Shown piece by piece: positions 27,896 to 40,849 of a DNA stretch of 64,000 nucleotides. The position numbers and the translations under genes are program-made. The stretch is from NCBI GenBank assembly GCA_002633005.1, contig NMRA01000138.1, forward strand, positions 186,001-250,000, given 5' to 3'. The notes under the pieces are model-generated. The model was not told the origin of the DNA, did no database searches, and worked only from the letters and a program-made list of their open reading frames with translations. Source of the DNA: Phoronis australis (lineage: Eukaryota; Animalia; Phoronida). How positions within the stretch are numbered: the first letter of the stretch is position 1; the number at the start of each line of letters is the position of its first letter.

Positions 27896-28057
27896 CAGTT
27901 GCCATAATACAAAATCTCCTTTTAGGTTTTAAAAACAATGCATTCCGCGCTTTATCACAATGCAAAACGTAATTTTTTCACGTACTTTATTATATTTTTG
28001 TCTCAAATGCATTGTTTGTTAAACCTAACAAGAGGATCATTTTTTAAATGGCAACTG
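27896..28057. mobile_element. Imperfect hairpin/MITE
   Basis: CAGTTGCCAT...TTAGGTTT..AAACAATGCATT versus AATGCATTGTTT..AAACCTAA...ATGGCAACTG. Confidence 0.6.
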
Positions 28058-30399
28058 CATGAATAATGGTTATAGCACTATGTGTCTGTGTTCCGTGCGA
28101 CAATTGTTATAGAATTTTATCACCTGAACTTGTAATTATACACCTAGTATTTTATACACTGAAATGCAACTTGAACTTATCCTAAGTCTATTTTGTAGTT
28201 GAGTTTGTGTATGCCCCTCCCAACATGTATTGTGGGAATTGCAGGTAAAAAGATGAAGTTACTTAACAGTTAGCTCCTCCTCACTCTTTATTTCAGTTCT
28301 ACTATGGCAAGCACGTGCAAGCCTGAATTAATGACAGTATCTTCAGCAAGCAATGCCACATCCATTATACATGCTATCTGGCTGTACCCAGTGTCACAGG
28401 AATGAACAGTACACTGGTTACCCCAAAACTATAAAACGTGAACACACATGAAATCGCCATATGCTATCTCAATGTCAATCTCGATATGATATAGCAGACA
28501 GTCTCTATTGCTGGTGAAATAGGAAAACATGTAGACTCTGTTGCTGTAAAATGGAATGCTACTTTTTATTAACTATGATTCATCATTCACATTCGTTTTT
28601 CCAGTTGACCCTGCATGAACTATAGAAAATATTTAGTGTATTTGTCCTAAGGCTGCACTTTTGATCTCAGGTTACACGCTAAATTATCGAAGATTGAGAT
28701 GGGCGGCGCAGCACTGAAAAAAGTGGGGGCTATACCCCCAGCCCCCTATGGTGCATGTGACCCATGATTGAAAAATTCCTCGTATTTCTCCATGCACATG
28801 CACGTAGTGCAGGCAAAGCTGTTCACCAAATTATTCTTAAAAACAGTTGGCACAGCTCACAGCTGCTGTGTATATTGTGGTTCATTAGTACATCAGGTAA
28901 CAATCCTGACAAATGTGCACTTAGATAGTGCAACTGCCACTGCATTTGCACAAAGAAGAATGCGAGGCACTCCAGTCTTCTAGTTTATACTGGCATTTGC
29001 ATGGTTTTGAGACGATTGGGTTTTCAATTGTGAAGAACATGGGTGCTATTTTTTTCACGACAATTCTAACCACACACCAGACTGAGCAAAGCAATTGAAC
29101 TTAAAATTGGGTGAAGGGCTAGTCACATGAAAACTAGCAAATGTAATTCTGGTAGATTTTTGAGATTATCTCTGAAACGTAATTACCACTAAGGGGCACT
29201 GCGGGAGTCAGAATCTGACTGTGAGATTCATCTGATAATCAACACCAGTAACTCTCACATTAACTGCAAAATGATTCTTTAAGGGGTTTGGTGAACTAAT
29301 AAAACTGCCTAAAGGGACACAGCCCATGACTGAACTGTATGAAATGTGCAAGTGCATCTCAATTATTGCCAACTTTCATCAAGATTTTTCATCCAACTTG
29401 GAATAGATTGTATCATATGTAAAAGAAACAAAACTTTCACTCCCGAGCACATAGCAGTTGAAACAGTCCAGCAACCAATGTTTTTGTCAATTGTAAGATC
29501 AGCATCAAACTTTGTATTGATTCTTAAAACAATTTGAAAAAAGATGGGTGCCAAAAGATGGGTGCCAAAACACAAACAAAAAATATTAAAATTGACACAA
29601 GAAGAACACAAGCTGCAAAAATAGAGAGGTGTCATCTACTTTATAGAAACACACCTGTCAAATTCCACAGAGTTCCAACAAGAGTAGTTTTCAGGGCTTG
29701 GAATGACCCATGACAAAAAAGAGGAATATTTTTACTGCTCCACATACGCATTGCAACCTAAACAACCATACCTCAACAGATCGAAAAAAAATTATTATCG
29801 AAACATGCCCTGTAACTGTGTCGTGTTGGCAAAGCGCACTCATCTTAAGCAGTACCTGACATCTGTTTCAGCAACTATAATGAAGGCGATTAGATGCAAA
29901 AAAAGATATTTTTTAAAATTAAAATGATAAAGGTAATGACGAAAAATTTGAAGTGTGAGTGACAGGAACTTACTCTAGATTGGCTGCAGGGAGACCTATA
30001 AAATTATCAGTTCTTATAATTATCAAAAAAATTTTGAAAATCGATCCAGAGATTATCAGGAAAGCCTGAAATACATACACATTTAATTCCAACAAAAAAT
30101 TAAATTCCAACTCAATTGGAAAAAAGTCAAAACGAAAACCTGTGGCTCATACCCCAACTATTAGCATGGAAAAAATGAAAGTCAAAAACAACATACTTTA
30201 AACTATAGAAATACATCAATGACAATCCTAAGTTGGCCAAACTTTTCAGTTTCACACAGTAATTATAGGAGTTAATTGTTCATAAGCCACGCTGGTGTGA
30301 CATAAGAAATAACTACAAGGACACTCAAAATAAGCTAAATTGGAATACATCAATAGCAATTTAAAACACATTTGCAGTAACGAAAATAGCACTTTGTAT

Positions 30400-31026
30400 C
30401 CCGTTTCGGCGGCACGGAGAAAATCCGACTCGGGGCTAGCAGCCAACTTGGCATTGAACAGCCGGCACAGGCTTGCACGTGGGATCAAAAAAAAAAAAAG
30501 AATTTCATACATCACTCACATTCCATAATTCCAATCCAAAGAATTACCGCTCACGGTTGAATTTCCGCATTTTTCTTTCTTGTGTTTCATCGTTTCCAGG
30601 TGGTCCTCCGTGATTCTGCCTCTGTCAAAGTTTACAGCGCGTAAACCCTGACTTTTTTGTTTGCGAACACATTGACCGTTTCCTTTATCCACTTTTTCCA
30701 CGAAATATTCTGTCTAATCCAAGCTCTACACAATTTTGGCAGCAGAATCGCACTATTTGTCACCGCGATAATACCACATGCAGATATCATTGATGAACCA
30801 CGCTATCCCAGGTGCCCCGGCAATTACGATTTTTGTTCTTGCGACACATAAAGAGCAGTTTCCGCTTTTCCAGTCGTCGGCAATGCCGCAGTTAGAAACC
30901 AATTTGCTGCGGAAATTTTACTGCAAATCCAATTCATTTTTCTGCGGAAATATAGCAAAAATGCGCGGAGGGAATAGAAGAAAAAAAAATGGAAATCCGC
31001 GTTTAAGCGGAAAATTCCAAGCCTTG
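30400..31026. mobile_element. CpG-rich hAT-like element fragment (one end only)
   Basis: Ends in GCGGAAAATTCCAAGCCTTG with repeated GCGGAAA/TTTCCGC subterminal motifs; left TIR not found. Confidence 0.45.
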
Positions 31027-31069
31027 AGTTTTATAGGCAAAATTGACAAAGGGGGCATACCAGTCAAAA

Positions 31070-31858
31070 GTTGAATACAAAGACATCCATAAGTCTAACG
31101 AAAACTGCGCTCTTGAACACATCTTCCAAATTCAATGATGATCATTTAAAGAACTTGGTAGAATATGCTCATTCAAATTTTATGATGAAGCTTCACCAAA
31201 GTTGGTGTGGAGATATTGAGGTTAGGCGCATAAAAGTTCACTATGGGGCATAGCAGTAAACAGATTTGTCTGAAAATAAACATCATTCACACTTTCCTCA
31301 CTAGAAATATGTTGAATTTCAGGACCTTCTCCAAACTTAGTACAAATTGACAGGCAAAAAAAAACTGCTATACATACACCTGCGACATTTCATGCAGATC
31401 CTGTTCAGGTTAGTTAGAGATACAACCGCAGACACAAAAAACCCACTAGGGAGCACCAGATTTTTTCCATAATCATTCTTCAAGGCAGATGTCAAAAACA
31501 CTCGAAATTTGAAAACTGGCAAATAGATGGAATAGAATTGTCAAAGCCATGCGGACATGGAAAGGCATTGTCGTCTCCTTAATAGAAACCTATAAACCAA
31601 TAAACCAAATTTCATGAAAATCCATTCAAGAACTCTGAAGATGCACAAGGCAACCATAAAAAACTAAAATTGCCACTATGTTGCATAGAGGTAGTCAGAC
31701 TGGTCTGAAGTATGTCATCATCTAGCTTCATAGGAATATTTGCTAAATCTCACAAGATCCTGCATTGCGTTTAGGAGATACAGCAGCAGACACCGGGAAC
31801 CCAGACAAAGATGACGATAATATGAACACACATGTAAATTTGTGGTCGCATAAAAATA
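31070..31858. mobile_element. HINE-like modular repeat with terminal end
   Basis: CCAAATTTCATGAAAATCC and GGAGATACAGCAGCAGACACC modules; end TGTGGTCGCATAAAAA. Confidence 0.55.
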
Positions 31859-32120
31859 GGAATGGAATTTTATTGAGGAAACCTGTCCATGGGTTGAAAA
31901 AATGCGAGTGCATCCCTGGATTGCAAATCAGAAAATGAAAATGTTGTCCAAATTAAGAGGAAGAATACAAAAACAAGTATATCAACTTCAACTGTCCAGA
32001 AGACATTTCGATTTAATGACAACCTTATAACTACATAGCTACATGTTTGACTAGCAGTTGATACTCAGGTGTGCAGCCGTCAGATTGAGATCAGACACTC
32101 TTTTAACTTTAAAGTATTAC

Positions 32121-32277
32121 CATTGACTTTTTTTCTTTCCACGTTGTTATTAGCAACTTTATCTTTGCCTTTAACTTTGTTACTGTCACCTTGATCAATA
32201 GCATTCTCCTTTCCTTTCCCACTCCCACCAAAGCAACACTTAATAAAGAATAGCGGCTCAACAAGTCGCGAGTTCAT
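32121..32277 (-). CDS. Candidate alternative first coding exon of the SYT14-like gene (MNSRLVEPLFFIKCCFGGSGKGKENAIDQGDSNKVKGKDKVANNNVERKKVNG)
   Basis: ATG in AAGATG context; 157 nt ending at phase-1 donor AATG|GTAATA, in frame with exon 25466; possible acceptor TTCAG| at 32285; purine-rich exon-like composition. Confidence 0.45.
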
Positions 32278-33602
32278 CTTCAACCTGAATCAATCCTGTC
32301 CATGAATTACTCAAACATGTTTGAGAACTATCCTCCCCTCAGTTAAAACACAATTCCACCCTTGAAGATCAGACAAGTTATAAAAGCACACTTTCCTAAC
32401 CACAGATGCTTATAGATGCATTGGCATAGTAGAGGTCACAGTCTACAATTATCCTATTGTTGAAAACCATCAGTCTGTATTCAGCTGTTCACAAAACAAG
32501 GTAATCTATTGCATATGGCCATTCAGTCATAGCAAACTAGGTGAGAAGCCTCTTGGCTCACTCTATCCAGTGGTTCAATGCTGCAATACTAATATCCATC
32601 CATAAGTCCTGAAGCCCTTGAAGAATAAGGTGTCTGTAGACACTGACAGATATGCCGAGTGCTCCTAACTGAAGCAAATATTCACAGAATAGCATGAATA
32701 GGCTGTTGAAACAACCTCATGAAGTTCACGTCAATTCATTCGCTCTAGGCTGTGTCAACCCACATGTACGTGATCCATGATTCGCTTTAAATTAATCTAT
32801 ATACATCAACACCATCTTGGAAAAAGAGATCGACTGCAGCACGGACACTGCATGGACACAGTATGGTCAACAAAATAAAACTTCACTGTCAACTGTAAAG
32901 ATCAATATCAGCAGTCAAATGAAACCATGAGGGTTGATATTGCCACCAGACCTTGGCCTAACATCAAAGTAGGCTACCCTGCTAGATTGATGCTGATTCT
33001 GTATACCACCAACACCACAAACCTCAGATTGAAGCATGAAACCAGTGCACAGTTCTAATGAGTTGAGCAGTCCACAATAAGGTTTTATTGAACCACTGTC
33101 AGTCTTGTATGGTTTGGACAGTCTATACACATAAGAAATTGTGAAACTGTTGCATAACCTTGGTCTATTGCAGAATGGAGGTGAAAGCCTTGTATTTAAC
33201 CTGGGAGTACAGGACATTAGACTATCCTTTCCAAGTTCACCTTCAGCTTCAGAAAGTACAATACAAACCAATCTGTATATATTTATGAATGATCACTGTC
33301 TACATATGGCCGATTCTCGTGTACAGTAACCGGTCAACACTGTCGCACAAAATAAAAGAATTAAATTGAAGAGGCAGGGGTGTGTGAAAGTAGTAGAATG
33401 GCCAGAAATATCATAAGGCCAGTGTTTGAAATGATATAGAAAGTAAAAAAATCGCCAGAGAGCAACCAGCGTGCGAATTAATAGAAAGGCCGATGTTTCG
33501 GCACTGAGTGGGGATTAATCCCAGTGGCGGATCTACGTTTTCAGCAAGGGGGGGTTTAGGATTCCCGCCAAGGTCGAATCCTAGGCGCGTGGCGCCGTCA
33601 AC

Positions 33603-33620
33603 NNNNNNNNNNNNNNNNNN
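33603..33620. other. Assembly gap
   Basis: 18 N. Confidence 1.
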
Positions 33621-34527
33621 GTTTCTGGCACTTAACATGTCTCTGGAGTTTTTCTTAAGATAATTAAAAACCCTTCTCGATTTCGTCACATGAACTTGGC
33701 ACATAAGTTTCGTGAAACCATATTGTGCACATCTGGGTATGAGTCACGCCACCAGCAAAAACTTTTGTTGGAACATCTGCTTACACACACCTTTTTAGCA
33801 TACGAAAAGTTGTATACGAAAAAGTGTGGTGTGTATACAGGGGTTAAGACAATTTCCAAATATTCAAGACCATAATTAAAGCGCACCGACGCGGCGTAAA
33901 AACTTGAATATCAGATGATCGCGTAACAGCAGCCTCAAGTTGTTTAGAACGAAGACCTGTACTGTTAGTCCGGAAATAAACATGTGTTCTGTCTCGTTAC
34001 GAGAAAAACTGGCGAACGATGGTGCTCTCAACTCATAGTCTATTATCAAAAGCGACAATAAATAATTATAGGTATCACTTTATTAAGCTGAATCACGTTG
34101 ACAACAATTGAAAAACGTCAAATCTATCAGGAAACAATTAAATCATCTGAAAACAGTTTCACGAAACCAAAACATCCTGTGCACACTGGTGAAAAGATAC
34201 ACTGGACTAGTTTGCAACACTGAGAGTACACAAAAAGCTGACCTGGTCCGTCACGAGACCACGAGTACACCTGTGCTTATTATCCCTATACAAATAGTCG
34301 ATCCGTCGTGGGACCAAACAGTACTGGCTGAGATAAATAGTTTTACAAAGCACACTTTGGTAAAAAAAATCACAAGACTAGTTCGCCGTGGGACCAGAAG
34401 TACACTGAAACTCAACATCTACACAAATCAATCTGGCCTGGTCTGTCGCGAGACCTAAAGTGTACAATGCAAAAAAATTTTGAATTGAAAACTTCTCTCT
34501 AAAATTTTAATCCCCAGTGGTTACTCA

Positions 34528-34860
34528 TACGTTAGTCCTATCCTTCTGTTGTCTAGACTGCCGAGGAATTTGTATATCGGATCCAATGATTTGCTCGTCT
34601 TGGAACCATTCTACCCACATATCTTCTCTACCCACATATCTTCGATGTTTGTTCCCAACACTTGCACTTCGTCAACTGCTGTGTCAATGAGCTTGTAAGC
34701 CTCTACAATGTCAGCATCTCGTTTCGCAGCTCAGTTGACACTAAGACCCTTGAGGTTGCCAAGTCCATTCGAAAGACTCACATGCGCAACTAAATTTGAT
34801 CCGTTCATCATGGACTACTTCAAACCTTGACGAAGCATCCCAGGACCTATTTGCATCTCT
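34528..34860 (-). pseudogene. hAT (P52rIPK/Tip100-type) transposase remnant
   Basis: Hand translation across frameshifts: LVAHVSLSNGLGNLKGLSVN*..KRDADIVEAYKLIDTAVDEVQVLGTNIEDMWVE(WF)...IGSDIQIPRQSRQQKDRTNV, resembling the LS..LQ....DI...Y and P.PR...RQ..R.NV motifs; 17-bp tandem duplication at 34610-34643. Confidence 0.7.
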
Positions 34861-35886
34861 GGCAATTTTCGAAATAAACGTCCCAATGTCTGAACGCTTG
34901 AAACCCGAAGTCCTAAGATCAAATAAATGCCCATGGGCATGAGCGTTTCATCGGGTGAGCCTTTCTGCGGAAATTCCCAGTATAGAAGACGGCAGTGTGC
35001 TTATTGCAGGTAGACAGACGGTAGGTGTTGAGGTCGGAACTAGGGCTCCTTAGGAGGCCTATTTAACATCGCACGAGTCCCGCAAGACTTTGTTGTGAAA
35101 GAACAGCCTCCCCGCAATTTCTGGTACTGTACATTTTTCGCGAATGCGGTCACTTTCTCAATGTGAGTGCCCCCTTGGTCATTCCTTGTATAGACATAAC
35201 TTGTTATAGAGTGTGTCTTCAAACGGACTCGCGACCAGACCACGGCGCCCGCCACAATAGCAATTCTTCGGAAAAAGAATTTTTTAAAAAAATATTACAT
35301 GTACATGTACACAATATTACATGTGCATGTACACTGTATGATATTGCGCAAGTCAACTTTACTATACATCAGTTACAAACGTGTGGAGTGTAATAGAATG
35401 ACACGGCATAACAGATGAGGTAAAAACGTTGCACGTCAATTCACCTGAATATCATGGTTGCGTCACCGCAGTATTTCCCCTAATCAAATCAAAACATATC
35501 TTAGAGTAAAGAAGCTAGTTACCTAAAGAAATCAGCTATAGAACTGCTCTTTCAGCGGTGAATCCATCTAAAATGCTTGGCTACTTCAGTAGTGTCGACG
35601 GAAGCACGCGCACAATAAATTCCCGCGCGTTTTGCCGATGAGCCACAAAGACTCAGCAATTCACAATGCAAAAAAACTATATTTTCAGAGTGAACCCCCC
35701 TCTCAATTTTTTCCAAGTTGGTTTACTTGGGGTTTACACACGCTGGCGGTGCCGTTTTTGTTTTGCTGGAGACGCTTTTGTTTTTTTTTTTTAATTTTTG
35801 GGTCCTGGCCCGAGGGGGGGGGTTTAAACCCCCTGAACCCCCCCCCGTAGATCCGCCACTGAATCCATTTTATTAAAATATGGTAG

Positions 35887-36099
35887 CATGCTTTCAAGGG
35901 ATGTGAATAGAAAGTAAACATGATCAGGCTGGGCTAATCAGAGTGCAAAATTTTAGAAATAGGTCAACATGCTTTCACAAGGGATGTGCGAATGAATAGA
36001 AAGTAAACATGATCAGGCCAGGCTAATAATTGGAGTGCAAAGTTTTAGAAATAGGTCAACATGCTTTCACAAAGGATGTGCCAATGAATAGAAAGTAAA
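35887..36099. repeat. Degenerate tandem repeat, about 80-92-bp unit, about 2.4 copies
   Basis: CATGCTTTCA(C)AAGGGATGTG..AATAGAAAGTAAACATGATCAGG...TTTTAGAAATAGGTCAA repeated. Confidence 0.85.
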
Positions 36100-36311
36100 T
36101 GACATGTGGGCTTCTGCACCACGTTCGAATTAACTTAAGAAGGGTAAAGTAGGCCCTATTGTTTTTGTTAAATAATTTTGAGTGTGCAGAAATTTAGAAT
36201 GTGCAAAATTGTAGAGCGGTTACGGTAACTTCCCATCATCACTGACAGGGATACGTACGAACTTCTACCGACAGGGATTACTACGCTGAACTTGTCACAG
36301 GAATACAAGAA

Positions 36312-36680
36312 CAATTAAGAGCAACCCAAAGCATTGAAATGCACCAATGAATGGACCACAAATGCAGTAGGTGTTAATATGGTAAGTTTCAAAAAAATGC
36401 ACTAGGTCGCACAGACCATTATGTAAAACCCATCCCAAAATAAGAACACCAGTTGCCATAGTGCTAAATGTCATGAAAATCTGTCTCATGACCACTAAAG
36501 ATACATTTAAGGCAAACATGAAAGAATAGAATAAGTGCTACAACGAGGCACAGCCGGAGGCGAATTAATCTGAGAGAAGTTATCACATGTCACGTTCAAA
36601 GGAACACTCCTCCCAACTTTCCCAAAGATCCTGCAAGGGGTACAGGAGCTACAATTATAGATAAAAAAACAACAAAATGG
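36312..36680. mobile_element. HINE-like repeat, partial
   Basis: AAGAGCAACCCAAAGCATTGAAATGCACC terminus and GATCCTGCAAGGGG module. Confidence 0.55.
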
Positions 36681-37111
36681 AGGAAGTGAAAATGTGAATA
36701 TAGTCTGTGGTGTGCTGTACAGACAAATTGATGCTTAATTGGGATACCTTCAAGAAATATGAAAAGGTTGTGCCTTTTCGGTGTACATTTCTACTGTCAC
36801 TGACTTTTGTTTACCTTTGCTGCCTTGTATTCACACAGTGTGAACAACACACTGGTTAAATCGGCCACGCCACTATTAACCATTACTACAGAAACGAAAT
36901 ATCTGCAGTAGAGAGAAAACTGTGATTTCCAAGACAGGGATGAGATGATACGCGACCGACTTGTCATAGGTATACGGGATCGAGATGTGTCAAAAGAGTT
37001 ACAACTGAAATCAGGGCTTACACTCGAGCAAGCTATCTTGTCCTCTAGACAGGCCGAGCAGGTCAATTCCCAGATGCGGCAGTTGTCACTCGCAACTGGC
37101 CCAGATAGGCC

Positions 37112-37540
37112 ATGGGTGCCATCAGAGGTCATAGACGAGGTCAGCATCACGTTCCTCATGGTAGAGGCAAAAGTAGGCCTAAACGCGACAGTGGCACGCA
37201 ACAGAATTGTGGTCAATGCGGTTACATTAAACACAAACCTGGTGAAACATGCCCAGCGACTGATCAGCTGTGCAACAGATGTCATCGAAAAGGACATTTT
37301 AAATCGCAATGCAGGTCAAAGACAATTAAAGAAGTATTCATTGGAAACGATGAAGAAAGTGAGTCAAATGCATACTTCCTTGGTAGTTGTACAGTTGTTG
37401 ATGACGAGGAAACGTCTGACAATTGGACAGTGAATCTGACAATCCACGGCAAGTTAGTCGAGTTCAAGATCGATACCGGAGCCGATATTTCGATCATGCC
37501 AGAGTCCGTCTATGAGACACTCAACCCCGACCCGCTTTAG
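37112..37540 (+). pseudogene. Gypsy gag zinc knuckles plus aspartic protease fragment
   Basis: CGQCG...CPA...CNRCHRKGHFKSQC and VEFKIDTGADISI; premature TAG at 37538-37540. Confidence 0.9.
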
Positions 37541-37867
37541 AGCAGACAGAAACTGCCTTGTTCACTCCTAGCGGTAGACTTAAGACGTCAGGTTCTTTTC
37601 TCGCGTCAGTAAAACATGATGAGAGTAAATACAAGTTTCGCGTCTTTGTTGCATCCGGAACAAAGAGTTGTCTGTTGAGCTGAAATGTTTCCATGAAACT
37701 TGGACTTGTTCGATGCGTAGGTGTAGTCTGTTTTTGCTACAACAGAACTACTGAAGTGTGACCCGATCAAGATACATTTGAAAGAATACGCAGAACCTTA
37801 CAGTTTGAACGCAGTGAGGCGAATATCCATACCACTGATGCCGAACGTTAAGGCTGAAATCGAGTGA

Positions 37868-40438
37868 ATGGTTGCAGGTGACATAATCAAACCAGTAACT
37901 CAGCCTACTCCATGGTGTGCGCCGATCATTCCAGTTGCTAAGGAGGATGGAAGTGTCCGTATATGCGCAGATTTAAAGAAACTGAATTTTACCGTGCAAT
38001 GGGAACATTATGTTCTACCTACCTTGGATGATGTAATTCACAAGCTTTCGGGTGCCACTGTATTTACTACACTAGATGCTTCTAGTGGGTATTGGGCTGT
38101 TCCACTGCATGAGGAGAGTCGTCTTCTCACAACGTTTATCACACCGATGGGGCGTTTTTGTTTCAAACGTTTACCGTTTGGAATTAGCTGTGCTAGCGAG
38201 ATATTCCAGAGAATTATGAATGAGTTACTTGAGGGTACTCAAGCAATCGTTTGGCAAGACGCCATTTTGATATATGGCAAGACCGTGAGTGAGCACGACG
38301 CAATGCTAGAAACCGTCATGAAGCGAATTGAAGAGTCTGGATTGAAACTAAACCGAGCCAAGTGTTTGTTTCGTCAGAGTCAGTTGAGATATGTCGTGCA
38401 TAAAATTCGATGCTTCAGGAATGAGTCCCGATGAGACGAAAGTACATGCGATCATAGATCTTGAGCCGCCTACAAACGTGACGGAACTTCGCAGAGTTCT
38501 AGGCATGGTGAACTATCTTGGAAGATATTTGCCAAATCTCGCAATTGTAATGGCACCTATGAATGAACTGCTTTGCAAAGACATTGAGTTCCGTTGGGGA
38601 GTTGCCCAAGAAAAATCGTTCAAAGAAGTAAAAGAACTCATTTGCAATAGCCCAGTACTGGCCTATTATGATGTAACCTTATCCACTATTGTGAGTTGTG
38701 ATGCTAGTAGCTATGGCATCGGCCGTGTTATCATGCAACAGCGTGGAGACGAGTTACGCCCTATTGGTTTCTGTTCCAGAGCATTAACGCCTGCAGCTGA
38801 AAGAAACTGTGCCCAAATCGAAAAAGAGTGTTTGGCAGCCACATGGGTTAGCGAAAAATTCTGTCGATATTTACAGGGACTGGAGTCATTCCGTCTAATG
38901 ACCGACCATAAACCGCTTGTCCCTCTGCTGAATACGCGTGACATTGATTGTGTACCGCTACGTTGTCAGAGGCTTATTATAAGACTGATGCCTTTCAATT
39001 TGCAAGCAGAGCACGTTCCTGGCAAACTCATGGTTGTGGCAGATGCTTTATCCAGAGCACCCATGAGAGAAACTGAGTCAGCTACTGAACACGAGGTGGC
39101 ATTCCATGTCAATGCTTTAATCGACGCCAAGCCTATGTCTGACAGAAAACTAGTTGAGATCCAAATAGCTACCAAGCAAGATGACGAGCTGCAGCAAGCC
39201 ATTGAATTGACCATGAATGGTTGGCCAGCCCATAAGGAGCAAGTTCCGTCATCCGCGCTAAAGTTCTACAATGTGAGACACAGCCTTTCAGTAGCCAACG
39301 GTGTACTACTGATGGGTTCCCGTATTGTAATACCACAAACTATGTGCATTCACGATGGACACATGGGAATAAACAAATGCCACAAAAAAGCAAACATGTC
39401 TGTGTTTTGGCCCGGCATTAACGACGACATACAGAGACTAATTCGTGAGTGTGAGTTTTGTCAAGTACACCGACCAACACAGAAACACGAGCCATTAATC
39501 GTTACATCACAACTTAATAGACCATGGCAAAAACTTGACTTATGTGAGGTAAACAAAGTGAAATATCTTGTCATTATGGACTATTATTCCAAGTGGTTGG
39601 AGGTGATTCGTATGACCGACACAACAGCATCTCGAGTAACTGCAGAAGAAAAAGCAGTGTTCGCGCGCTTTGGAATCCCAGAGGAAATCGTATCGGACAA
39701 TGGTCTACCATTTGATTCTGAAGCAATGAGGCGTTTTGCTGCAGAGCATGGTATGTTCTTACCGCAGTTAGTCCTCACAACCCACGGGCTAATGGTCAAG
39801 TGGAAAGTGGTGTTGCAATTGCTGAGAAAATATTGCTACAGAATGATCCCGCGATGGCTTTGTTAAGCTATAGGTCCACAACAGTTTCAGCGACTGGTTT
39901 TAGTCCGTCCAAGTTGTTAATGGGTCGTGAACTCCGAACTGACATGCCGACCATGCCCTATCAACTTCAGCCCCAATGGCCAGACAAGGAAACCATCTCG
40001 AAACGAGTTAAATCTACTCAGCATGACTATAAACGTCAGTTCGACCAACGTCATGGTGTTTCACCTCTTCCAAATCTAGAAGTTGGCAGTAAAGTTCGCG
40101 TTAAACACGACGGCAAAAAAGAATGGTCTCAGCCTGCGACTGTCGTACACACGCACGGTACGCCGAGATTGTATATTGTACGTACAAAAGATGGTAAAGA
40201 ATACTACAAGAACAGACATCATCTTCAGAGCATACCAATACAACCATCACGTATGCCGGAGAAAACGCTTTCGTCGAATTCAAAAGTATCTCCAGAAGAA
40301 TCGTCAGTCAGCCAGCAGACTGCTACGAATATGTCATCTGATGTATCGTCTACTGTGGAATCTTCGAATCGCCTTACTGTCACGACACGATCAGGACGAC
40401 AGGTCAAGCCGAATCTTTGGTCCAAAGATTATGTTTAG
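37868..40438 (+). pseudogene. Gypsy pol (RT-RNaseH-integrase) split over three frameshifted ORFs
   Basis: ORFs 37868-38434, 38391-39866 and 39800-40438; the catalytic YxDD reads WQDA, so it is inactive. Confidence 0.93.
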
Positions 40439-40771
40439 ATTTAGGTACCACCGTACCTAGTAGTTTATGTGCGAGGCAGTGTTGGGTTAAGAATGATACC
40501 CGCCTTGACACGATATTCCTGGGTAGTCCACCCCGGTTTTATAATTAGGCTTAGTTTTATAGAGTAATTATTTAGTTGGTATTTTATAGTTACTTGTTTT
40601 ATTTAGATACATTTTCATACGACTTGTTTGCTTGCAGAGTAACGTATCGGTATTGGACTGGATATTTGGACAGTTTATGCCATAAGGACATGACATTGAG
40701 TACATGAGTACTTAGTTGAGACACTTGGACAATGGTTGCTTGTTTAACGTTGTTAAATCTCGGAGGGGAGA

Positions 40772-40849
40772 TGTTCCGTAGTTGTGTGGCTTCTTGTTTA
40801 GTATTTTGTGTTTTTGAATAAACCTGCCACCAGACGGCGCTCAACAACA
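40772..40849 (+). repeat. Short 3' LTR (about 78 bp) preceded by a polypurine tract
   Basis: PPT GGAGGGGAGA at 40762-40771, then TGTT...AACA termini with an internal AATAAA; the right boundary could be 40854. Confidence 0.65.

Larger units (their letters stand above)
33522..35861 (-). mobile_element. hAT-superfamily DNA transposon derivative with 16-bp TIRs and a 5-bp TSD; spans the assembly gap
   Basis: CAGTGGCGGATCTACG at 33522 and its exact reverse complement ending at 35861; AATCC on both flanks; internal transposase remnant. Confidence 0.8.
33324..36225. mobile_element. TA-flanked Tc1/mariner-type non-autonomous element interrupted by the hAT insertion
   Basis: TA|CAGTAACCGGTCAACACTGTCGCACA versus reverse complement of the right end TA|CCGTAACCGCTCTACAATTTTGCACA; imperfect TIRs. 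Confidence 0.45.
36915..40849 (+). mobile_element. Decayed, 5'-truncated Ty3/Gypsy LTR retrotransposon (K02A2.6/Mag-like), antisense to the host gene
   Basis: Domain order gag (IRDRLVIGIRD; Cys/His knuckles CNRCHRKGHFKSQC), protease (FKIDTGAD), RT (LDASSGYW, RLPFGI), RNase H (CDASSYGIG, TDHKPL), integrase (H..HMG..C..C, IVSDNG); multiple stops and frameshifts; PPT and 3' LTR present, no 5' LTR found. Confidence 0.95.

Noticed and set aside
32915-33271. 118-aa ORF as a nested gene
   Set aside because: Non-ATG start, no recognisable motif and no compatible splice sites.
36797-39799. Minus-strand ORFs (170, 71, 77, 82 and 71 aa)
   Set aside because: Antisense shadows of Gypsy gag-pol.
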